Assembly: GCA_025457815.1 (NCBI GenBank) | Contig: JALOTQ010000003.1 | Coordinates: 1-41,781 of the forward strand | Reading direction: 5' to 3' | Origin: Thermoplasmata archaeon | GTDB lineage: Archaea > Thermoplasmatota > Thermoplasmata > UBA10834 | DNA length: 41,781 bases | Shown here: in pieces, positions 28,503 to 35,806 of the stretch | Layout of the letters: every line of letters starts with the position of its first letter | How positions within the stretch are numbered: the first letter of the stretch is position 1 | The notes under the pieces: generated by a model | Told to the model about the DNA's origin: nothing | The model's input: only the letters and a program-made list of their open reading frames with translations | Databases searched by the model: none | Program-made: the position numbers and the translations under genes

Positions 28503-29029
28503 AACCTCCGGCCGTATCTGGCGTAGTGGTCCTCGACATGAATCATCTCAGGCCCGGATGCCGGTCCCTGCATGAACCCCCGCGACTCGAACTCGTCGGA
28601 TGACACGACGATGAAGAGCAGGCCCGCGAGTCCCACCCCGATCCCCAAGCCCATCGCCCCGCAGAGCCCTCCGACGAAAGCCAGCCCGAAGTGCTGCCTG
28701 GTGATTGCGCTCAGGCCCCCTATCAGGCCGATGACAGCGAGGAAGCTGTGGAAAAGCAGCAACGAGAATGGGAGGTCCACGAAGTTGAGGAGAAAGTAGT
28801 ACCCCCAGTAGTATTCGTCCGTGTTGAGGCCAATCGAGACTCCCCAGAGATTCAGCAGTGCTGAGGCTATGAGAAGGACGCCCCCTATGACGGGCATAGG
28901 TGTGGGCAACTTATTCTGGGCCCGTTCTCTCCGCAGCAACACGCCGCCGCAGTACTGACAATACCGTGCCGCTGGATCGTTCAGTCTCCCGCACTTGCCG
29001 CAATTCACACCTGGAAACGTCCCCGCCAT
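28499..29029 (-). CDS. Zinc-ribbon membrane protein ZR2 (module type A)
   Basis: CGKCGR..ARYCQYCG; TPMPVIGG, GGLSAITRQHFGLA, SSDEF. Confidence 0.75.
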   Translation of the reverse strand: MAGTFPGVNCGKCGRLNDPAARYCQYCGGVLLRRERAQNKLPTPMPVIGGVLLIASALLNLWGVSIGLNTDEYYWGYYFLLNFVDLPFSLLLFHSFLAVIGLIGGLSAITRQHFGLAFVGGLCGAMGLGIGVGLAGLLFIVVSSDEFESRGFMQGPASGPEMIHVEDHYARYGRRL

Positions 29030-29106
29030 CACGAACCACGCTCCCTCTGACACTGAATGCAGAGACGAGATATATCTGGCTTCCTGGGCAATCCAGCATC
29101 CGCAGG

Positions 29107-29141
29107 ATGGAAACATGAAAAACTGGAGATGGAAAGGGTTT
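29107..29141 (-). terminator. AAACCCTTTCC motif plus T-rich tract after ZR3
   Basis: Minus strand reads aaaccctttccatctccagtttttcatgtttcc. Confidence 0.5.
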
Positions 29142-29164
29142 AGGTGTCTCTCAGAACCGAGCGC

Positions 29165-29614
29165 CTACTCGAACTCTTCCCTCGAGATCGCGATGAGTAT
29201 CAGGCCGATGAGGGCTACGATGAAGTATCCGCCCAGGCCCAATATGCCGCCGAGGACAGCCAGGCCGAAGTGCTGCCTCTTGATCGCGAAGAAGCCGCCT
29301 AGCAGCGCCACGAGCCCGACGATCGCCCATATCACGCCGCAGATCACCAGGATGTCGCTGAGGCCGAGGAAGTCGCCGAAATCAATCAACGCGCTCCCAC
29401 CTGCGATCAACGAGACACCCGTTATCAGCTCAAGGATGCCTGCGATGATTATCAGTATGCCGCCCACCATGGGCAGCGCAGTCTTCTTCTTGGCCGGCGC
29501 CGACCCGGGCGCCCCGGCACGATAGTCGTGCCCACAATACTGACACACGTTGGCGTCGAACGCTATTGCGCGCCCGCAAGACACACACTGTCTGGTTCCA
29601 GATCCACTCGTCAT
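29165..29614 (-). CDS. Zinc-ribbon membrane protein ZR3 (module type A)
   Basis: CVSCGRAIAFDANVCQYCGHDYR; TALPMVGG, GGFFAIKRQHFGLA, SREEF; own promoter AAAGGTTTATAT at about 29697-29708. Confidence 0.8.
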   Translation of the reverse strand: MTSGSGTRQCVSCGRAIAFDANVCQYCGHDYRAGAPGSAPAKKKTALPMVGGILIIIAGILELITGVSLIAGGSALIDFGDFLGLSDILVICGVIWAIVGLVALLGGFFAIKRQHFGLAVLGGILGLGGYFIVALIGLILIAISREEFE

Positions 29615-29754
29615 ATTCTCTCTCCGTTGAATCAGGAAAGAGACCCATCCCTACCGGTCTCACTTCCGACTAATCACCAGTTAGCGATATTTGGAAATAT
29701 AAACCTTTGCTGATAATTTCCAGTATTGCTAGACGCAATACTGGCCTCGCGAGT

Positions 29755-30420
29755 CTATGAGGCTGGGAACAGGCTGTCGTGAAGCAGGGCCAGTATCAGG
29801 AGGAGCGATATGCCGATTGCCGTTCCCAGGGCGATCTTCTGAAGGGCTGTAAATGGTCGCTTCTCGAGCAGGATGGACGTCTGCGCCGAGATGGCCAGCG
29901 AGTAGAAGACGAACATGCCTGCGATTCCGGTCAAGGAGACCCCCCAGAACAGGGGTCCATAGTCGCTCGACAGGAGGATCGCGCCCGCGCCCATGACGTA
30001 TAGGCCCGCGAGCCACATGAATCCAGCGGGCCTGTCCAGCACGGGTTTCGTATTCAGCCCAGGATAGAGGACATAGTTCAGAAGAGGGACAAGCAGGAAC
30101 GGGAGCGGCACGCCTAGCGCGAGCCCGCTGAGGGTCCTCCTGAGGTTGTCCGACTCGCTCAGGCCGGAATACGAAAGAATGGAGTCGCCCAGGAAGACTG
30201 ACATGACGGCCCCGAGCACGGCCAGCTGCCAGACGCGAGGAAGGGCGGAGGAGAACCTTCTGGGCCCCGTCGACAGGTAAATCACCGAGAGCACGAACCC
30301 GAGATGGATGCCGATGCAACGAGCGCAGAGCGGCATCTGCACCTCGCCCAGGAAGTAGGACCTCTCGGGGAGCTGATGGCACAGCCCGGACCCAAGGAAC
30401 ATCAGCAGATCCTCGATCAT
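29755..30420 (-). CDS. DUF2085-family membrane protein (long form)
   Basis: CHQLPERSYF..QMPLCARCIGI, SDNLRRTLSG. Confidence 0.8.
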   Translation of the reverse strand: MIEDLLMFLGSGLCHQLPERSYFLGEVQMPLCARCIGIHLGFVLSVIYLSTGPRRFSSALPRVWQLAVLGAVMSVFLGDSILSYSGLSESDNLRRTLSGLALGVPLPFLLVPLLNYVLYPGLNTKPVLDRPAGFMWLAGLYVMGAGAILLSSDYGPLFWGVSLTGIAGMFVFYSLAISAQTSILLEKRPFTALQKIALGTAIGISLLLILALLHDSLFPAS

Positions 30421-30473
30421 TCGGCTCCCGCTCCAGGATGCCGTGGCCGGGCATTAATGATTGCCTGGATTGT

Positions 30474-30528
30474 GGAGAAACGCGAAAAGAAGAATATGGG
30501 AAACGGTTTGCCGCCTCCGCAGAGGCGG
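30474..30528 (-). terminator. Hairpin plus AAACCGTTTCCC plus T-rich tract after ZR4
   Basis: CCGCCTC-N4-GAGGCGG stem (30511-30528), followed on the minus strand by aaaccgtttcccatattcttcttttc. Confidence 0.55.
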
Positions 30529-30559
30529 GCCTTGGTCGGCGGCTGCAACCCTGCCGTTC

Positions 30560-30886
30560 TCAGATCAAGAACGCGAAGTTGCACACGAGCCCGATCAGGA
30601 ACCCGACGATGCCCAGTATCAGGCACATCTTCCCGAATTCCTTGCTCTCGTTGTCCGGCTTCGTGTAGTAGATGATGCCGACGATTATTCCGATGATGGG
30701 TATGAAGAACGACAGGAGATAGAGTATGATCTTCATCCCCTCGCTCATCCCGAGCCCCCCTTGGGCTGGCGCCATCATCTGCATCCTGTAGTCATGCCCG
30801 CAGTACGGGCAGACGTTGGCGTCCCATGAAATCGCGCGGCCGCACCCGGTACAGTTCCTAGTCCCTTGCGAACCTGAGGCTTCCAT
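30560..30886 (-). CDS. Zinc-ribbon membrane protein ZR4 (module type B, 2 TM)
   Basis: CTGCGRAISWDANVCPYCGHDYR; LYLLSFFIPIIGIIVG...GKMCLILG. Confidence 0.8.
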   Translation of the reverse strand: MEASGSQGTRNCTGCGRAISWDANVCPYCGHDYRMQMMAPAQGGLGMSEGMKIILYLLSFFIPIIGIIVGIIYYTKPDNESKEFGKMCLILGIVGFLIGLVCNFAFLI

Positions 30887-31006
30887 GTGTCACCCTCCAA
30901 ATTCCGAAGCAAGGGGGAACTCCCCCGAGCTTCCTGCGCCTGGATTGGCCAGATTCCTATTAAACTGTTGCCAGGGGAACCCAGACTTCGCGTGGAGTCC
31001 TCACCA

Positions 31007-31384
31007 TCATAGGAACGAGAAGACCAGGAGCCCGGCGGCTAGCCAACAGACCAACACGATGATGATCGGGAGGAGTGCGATCAGTATGCACATCTTGCCC
31101 ACGTGTTTGCTGTCCTCGTCCTTGGCCGTCACGATGAGGACCAGGCCGATGATTATCCCCGCCAAGGGGATGAAGAACGACAGGATGTAGAGGACATACC
31201 GAATGCCACCCATGCCCGAACCTTGAGACTGCTGCGAGGGATACGCCCCCATGCGGTAGTCGCGCCCGCAGTACGGGCAGACATTGGCGTCCCATGAGAT
31301 CGAGCGGCCACAGGTCACACAGTTCCGCGTGTTTGACGACACTAGCACCATCGCCCGTGCGGCCTTCGAGGCCGCACTTCCCAT
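31007..31384 (-). CDS. Zinc-ribbon membrane protein ZR5 (module type B)
   Basis: CVTCGRSISWDANVCPYCGRDYR; LYILSFFIPLAGIIIG...GKMCILIA; alternative start at 31351. Confidence 0.8.
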   Translation of the reverse strand: MGSAASKAARAMVLVSSNTRNCVTCGRSISWDANVCPYCGRDYRMGAYPSQQSQGSGMGGIRYVLYILSFFIPLAGIIIGLVLIVTAKDEDSKHVGKMCILIALLPIIIVLVCWLAAGLLVFSFL

Positions 31385-31404
31385 GAATCGTCCCCAGACC
31401 TATT

Positions 31405-31959
31405 TCACTCTTGTCCGGGCTTTCCCTCGCCCGCGCTCCTCTTCTTCCTCGAGTCCTCCTGAAGTACCAGCATGAAGTGCGCGATCAGGAGGGACAGCGC
31501 CAGGCCCGCGATGAGACCCGTGACGACCCTGAGGATGTTGTTGGACTCGTATGAGGTGACCGCCTGGAGGCCACCGTCGATCGCGATCGGGACGAGGCCC
31601 GCGAGCGCTATCAGGGGGTGTATCTTGTACCTGATGAAGCTGGCCACGCCGAAGCCCACAGCGACGCCAACGAAGATGCCCACATCGCGCGCGCAGAACG
31701 GCATCTGATTGCCGTTCAAGAAGAAGCTCCGATTGGCCAGCTGGTGGCATTCAGCGTCCCCCAGCCAGTACACCGCATGAGGGATGGCGGACAGGTCGTC
31801 GAACTGATCCTCGTTCTCATGGCCGCCGACCACCCCCGAGAGGTCCACGAGGGTGTCCGATGGGACCATCAGAGGAGCGGCCACAGTGAGGACTGCCCAG
31901 ACCGTGCAGAAGATGAACACCGCGAACAATGGCAGCGACGTGACGGAGGGCGTCTTCAT
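31405..31959 (-). CDS. DUF2085-family membrane protein
   Basis: CHQLANRSFFLNGNQMPFCARDVGI, PIAIDGGLQ, YESNNILRVVTG. Confidence 0.82.
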   Translation of the reverse strand: MKTPSVTSLPLFAVFIFCTVWAVLTVAAPLMVPSDTLVDLSGVVGGHENEDQFDDLSAIPHAVYWLGDAECHQLANRSFFLNGNQMPFCARDVGIFVGVAVGFGVASFIRYKIHPLIALAGLVPIAIDGGLQAVTSYESNNILRVVTGLIAGLALSLLIAHFMLVLQEDSRKKRSAGEGKPGQE

Positions 31960-31982
31960 CGCACCCGCTAGGCCGCCACACC

Positions 31983-32825
31983 TTAATCTTGTTTTTCTAT
32001 GACGACCGAGGCGTAGCCAACCACATCCCTCATCGGCTGGACGTCGCCGGACGTCGCGTACTTCAGCACGCTCGCCTTTCCGCCCGCGCACGCGGTCATC
32101 GTCGCTATCACTGGACCGTAGCCGCACATCGAGATGTTCTCGTCCTGGACGACCTCATAGAGGCCCTTAGAATCCATGTTCTTGACTGCGTCCAGGGCAA
32201 GAGCGTCTTTCCGCTTGGCGGTCTCCCTGGACACGTAATGGGACATGTCCGTGGAGGCTATGACTATGACGTCCTTCCCCTTGATGGCGTCTCGGATTGT
32301 CGTCCCGACGGAGGTCGCGGAGTCGAAGTCCTGGAAGGCCATGCATATGGGCACGAACTTGACTTCCGGGGACAGATACTGAAGGAACGGCAGCTGGACC
32401 TCGATCGAGTGTTCCGCGTGATGAGCTTCGTTGTCCTCGTCGACAAGATCCTTCCGGAGCGCCTTCGCGAGCTCCTTGTCGATCCTGGCGACGCCCAGCG
32501 GGGTCTGGAAGTCCTCCGAGGCGACCGCGAGTCCCGAGCCTCGGCCCGTGTGGTTCGGGCCCAGTATTACGAACGACTTCGGGAGGCCGTCCTCGGCGAT
32601 CCTCGAGTACAGGTGCGCCGCGACCATGCCCGAGTAGATGTAGCCCGCGTGAGGCGCCACGCCCCCCAGTATCCTGCGGGCCTTGGCACCTGGCTTCGGG
32701 AGCTTCCCCGGGCCGAGAGGCCCCAGGAAGCACGCTTCTATCTGGTTCCGGAGCCCTCTCTGGTCACCCTCGTAGAACATTCCCGCGACCGATGGATGCC
32801 TTATGTTCCCACCAAGCGAATCCAA
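31983..32825 (-). CDS. MEMO1-family protein (AmmeMemoRadiSam protein B); true start possibly ATA at 32804
   Basis: RHPSVAGMFY, APHAGYIYSG, GPNHTG, EHSIEVQLPFLQ, ASTDMSHY, SMCGYGP, YATSGD, VVGYAS. Confidence 0.88.
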   Translation of the reverse strand: MDSLGGNIRHPSVAGMFYEGDQRGLRNQIEACFLGPLGPGKLPKPGAKARRILGGVAPHAGYIYSGMVAAHLYSRIAEDGLPKSFVILGPNHTGRGSGLAVASEDFQTPLGVARIDKELAKALRKDLVDEDNEAHHAEHSIEVQLPFLQYLSPEVKFVPICMAFQDFDSATSVGTTIRDAIKGKDVIVIASTDMSHYVSRETAKRKDALALDAVKNMDSKGLYEVVQDENISMCGYGPVIATMTACAGGKASVLKYATSGDVQPMRDVVGYASVVIEKQD

Positions 32826-32874
32826 AGCGCTTCGCTAGCCCAATACATTTTCGCATGATAATCTGAGAAAGGGC

Positions 32875-33510
32875 TCAGAGGGACGCTTCGAACTCATCGA
32901 CGGTCATCTTGAAGTCGTCGTCGTTCGCGAGCTGCCCCCGGGCCTTCATGACCTCCCTTGTGAGGAGCCAGTAGACCGTCGCGAGCGCGCGCCTGCCCTT
33001 GTTGTTGGATGGGATCACGAGGTCGACGTACTTCGTCTCGTTGTTGGCGTCGCAGATCCCTATGACCGGTATGCCGACGTTGAGTGCCTCGTTTAGCGCC
33101 TGCTCGTCTGCGGCAGGGTCGGTGACGAAGAGCATCTCGGGCTCGATGAAGTTCGGCAGGATCGGGTTGGTGAGCGAGCCCGGGACGAACCTGCCCGCGA
33201 TGACCTTTGCGCCCACTGCCTTGCCGAACACCTTGGCCGGCTTCTGGCCGTACTGCCTCGCGGAGACGATGAGTATCCTCTCGGGAGGGAAACGCGCCAT
33301 GAACCTGGCGGCGACCCTTATCCGCTCATCGGTCTTCTTCACGTCGAGTACGTAGAGCCCGTCCGACCTGACCTTGAAGATGAATTCCTTCATGTCGGCG
33401 CTCTTCTGCTGGGTGCCGATGTGAACGCCGGACGTGAGATAGACGTCCTCGGGAATCAGAAGGCTCGTTCCAGTGTCGGTCTGTGGCTGCGTGTCTGATA
33501 CCTCGTCCAT
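32875..33510 (-). CDS. rps2: 30S ribosomal protein S2 (uS2)
   Basis: [48 protein letters not shown]. Confidence 0.96.
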   Translation of the reverse strand: MDEVSDTQPQTDTGTSLLIPEDVYLTSGVHIGTQQKSADMKEFIFKVRSDGLYVLDVKKTDERIRVAARFMARFPPERILIVSARQYGQKPAKVFGKAVGAKVIAGRFVPGSLTNPILPNFIEPEMLFVTDPAADEQALNEALNVGIPVIGICDANNETKYVDLVIPSNNKGRRALATVYWLLTREVMKARGQLANDDDFKMTVDEFEASL

Positions 33511-33519
33511 CCCTATTCC

Positions 33520-33690
33520 TCACTCTCTCTTAACGGTCATTGGAATTACGTGCTTGTCGTACTCCATGATAGAAATCTCGATGGGATCGATGGTCTCATC
33601 GGGGACATCCACGAGTATCGGAGCGCCGAGGCTTATCTGGAGCGCCCTCGCCCCTATTATCCTGGCCCTCTCGAACCTCGTGTATTTCAA
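33520..33690 (-). CDS. rpoK: DNA-directed RNA polymerase subunit K (Rpo6); 56 aa, absent from the ORF track
   Basis: Hand translation from TTG 33690: [56 protein letters not shown]. Confidence 0.94.
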   Translation of the reverse strand: MKYTRFERARIIGARALQISLGAPILVDVPDETIDPIEISIMEYDKHVIPMTVKRE

Positions 33691-33724
33691 GTCTCAAACC
33701 TCGCTGAGGAGGTATCCCCTAAAA

Positions 33725-33752
33725 TGTGGGTCCTTTATATACGTTGTGGGTC
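33725..33752 (-). promoter_or_regulatory. rpoK-rps2 TATA box flanked by an 8-nt direct repeat
   Basis: Minus strand GACCCACA-acgTATATAAAg-GACCCACA; repeat period 20 nt. Confidence 0.55.
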
Positions 33753-34000
33753 ACCCCGAGGCTCGGCGTCGAACATGACCCTCGGCCTCGGTTCGGCTGA
33801 CGCACCGCGCACCCTCACATTGATGATTAATTATATTAAATAATGTATGCAAGTTCGCGACGCCTAGGCTCCCGTCGAAATCCGCTCCGTTTATCGTATC
33901 TCCGCGTTCGAAACCGGTGTTTTTCGGCCCGGCGAATAGAGGTATTTCCACAACCGATTTATCGAGCAGTTGCTTACCGTGAGCCAACAGGGGAATCACA

Positions 34001-35344
34001 ATGCCGAAGGTTCCGAACATTAAAGTCGAGCCTCCGGGCCCGGAGGCCAAGAAGGTTGTCGCCAAGGATGTCGAGTACATCGTGAAGGCGACGAAGACTG
34101 CCCCGCTAGTGTTCAAGAAAGCGGAAGGTGCCGTGATCGAGGACGTCGATGGGAACACATACATCGACTTCTACGCCGGAGTCGGCGTGCTCAACGTCGG
34201 CGCGAGGCACCCGAAGGTCGTCGCTGCGATCAAGGACCAGGTGGAGAAGTACACCCACGTCGCAGGCACTGACTTCTATTGCGGCCTACAGTCAAGGTTG
34301 GCTGAGAGGCTCGCGAAGACAGCGCCTGGAAAGAACAAGAAGATGGTGTTCTTCTCCAACACGGGAGCTGAATCCGTCGAAGCTGCCATCAAGATCGCCA
34401 AGAGGGGCACGGGCAAGCAATGCTTCCTGGACTTCCTTGGAGCGTTCCACGGCAGGACGACCGGAGCGATGACGCTCACGGCGAGCAAGTGGGTTCAGAG
34501 GGAAGGATACACCGCAACGCTCATGCCTGGCGTGTTCCACGTTCCGTATGCGTACTGCTACAGGTGCGCTTACAAAATGAAGTATCCAGAGTGCGACATG
34601 TGGTGCGCGAAGATCATCGAGGAGGTCTACTTCGAGAACCAGATACCTCCGAACGACCTCGCGGCCATCAGCATGGAGGTCGTGCAGGGCGAGGGCGGAT
34701 ACGTCGTCCCGCCGAAGGAGTTCGTCAAGATGGTCTACGACCTCACGAGGAAGTACAAGTGCCTGTTCATCGACGACGAGGTCCAGTCCGGCATGGGCAG
34801 AACCGGCAAGATGTGGGCGGTGGAGCACTTCGACGTCGTGCCCGACATCATCTGCAGCGCCAAGTCCCTAGGGGGCGGCCTGCCGATCGCGGCCACGATA
34901 GTCGATGCTAAGCTCGACTTCGACAGGTACGGAAGGCACTCCAACACATTCGGAGGAGCTTCCCTGGCTCACGCGTCTGCCCTGGCGACGCTCGACGTGA
35001 TCGAGGAGGAGAAACTCCTGGACCGCGCGGCCAAGGTCGGAAAGGAGACGAAGAAGCGCCTCGAGGAGATGCAGCAGAAGTACGAGATCATCGGCGACAC
35101 GCGCGGTGTCGGCATGATGCTCGCGCACGAGTTCGTCCAGGACAGGAAGTCCAAGAAGAACGCTGCGAAGAGCAGGGACAAGATCTCGGACATGGCCTTC
35201 AAGAAGGGCCTGATGCTCCTTCCGTGCGGCAAGTCCAACATCAGGTACATCCCGCCACTGAACATCCCGCAGGACCAGCTCGACGCGGGCCTAGAGGTCC
35301 TCGAGGATTGCATAAAGTACGTCAACAAGAACAGGGCGGACTGA
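34001..35344 (+). CDS. Class III PLP aminotransferase (4-aminobutyrate/ornithine type)
   Basis: DVDGNTYIDF, NTGAESVEAA, FHGRT, QGEGGY, DDEVQSGMGRTG, SAKSLGGG, HSNTFGG. Confidence 0.9.
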   Translation: MPKVPNIKVEPPGPEAKKVVAKDVEYIVKATKTAPLVFKKAEGAVIEDVDGNTYIDFYAGVGVLNVGARHPKVVAAIKDQVEKYTHVAGTDFYCGLQSRLAERLAKTAPGKNKKMVFFSNTGAESVEAAIKIAKRGTGKQCFLDFLGAFHGRTTGAMTLTASKWVQREGYTATLMPGVFHVPYAYCYRCAYKMKYPECDMWCAKIIEEVYFENQIPPNDLAAISMEVVQGEGGYVVPPKEFVKMVYDLTRKYKCLFIDDEVQSGMGRTGKMWAVEHFDVVPDIICSAKSLGGGLPIAATIVDAKLDFDRYGRHSNTFGGASLAHASALATLDVIEEEKLLDRAAKVGKETKKRLEEMQQKYEIIGDTRGVGMMLAHEFVQDRKSKKNAAKSRDKISDMAFKKGLMLLPCGKSNIRYIPPLNIPQDQLDAGLEVLEDCIKYVNKNRAD

Positions 35345-35358
35345 AGGGACTGACCCTC

Positions 35359-35396
35359 AAACCCCTTTCCCGAACTCCGGGGTTCCCCGGAGTTCG
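35359..35396 (+). terminator. AAACCCCTTTCC motif followed by a perfect 12-bp inverted repeat
   Basis: CGAACTCCGGGG-TT-CCCCGGAGTTCG at 35371-35396. Confidence 0.6.
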
Positions 35397-35447
35397 ATGG
35401 TCTCATTTATCTCTACTGCGTTTTGTGATTCAGCCGGCTGTGACATC

Positions 35448-35702
35448 ATGAGCGACGACCGTGGGCAGAGAGGGTACGAGAAGGACTACGCGATCGCGAC
35501 CATGTACAGGCTCGACCCCGAGAGGATCGCGGCGGTGCGCCGCGCGGTCTCGGGCAAGACGAGATGCCCTGAATGCGACGAGGTGAATCCGGCCGACCAA
35601 CCCCGGTGCTACAAGTGCGGCGCGAAACTCTATCCCGAGGTCCCCGACAACGAGGAGGAGAGGCTCCTCAAGCTACAGGCGAGGAAGAGGAAGAACCGCT
35701 AA
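35448..35702 (+). CDS. Small soluble zinc-ribbon protein
   Basis: CPECDEVN..QPRCYKCGAKL; basic C-terminus. Confidence 0.6.
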   Translation: MSDDRGQRGYEKDYAIATMYRLDPERIAAVRRAVSGKTRCPECDEVNPADQPRCYKCGAKLYPEVPDNEEERLLKLQARKRKNR

Positions 35703-35806
35703 CCCCCCCTGCATCTCTCCCCTGCGCTCGCCTAATATGGAAGTATGTGCCAGTTATCACTCTTCGGAATCTGACGGTCTAGTATTTGAAGGAGCGAGGG
35801 ACTCGA

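Noticed and set aside
30789-31313. Near-identical repeats as a diversity-generating retroelement TR/VR pair
   Set aside because: Mismatches are not adenine-specific, both copies are coding, and there is no reverse transcriptase in the window.
33775-33830. C/D-box sRNA (CTGA at about 33797, TGATGA at about 33821)
   Set aside because: The boxes are in the wrong order and no terminal D box follows.
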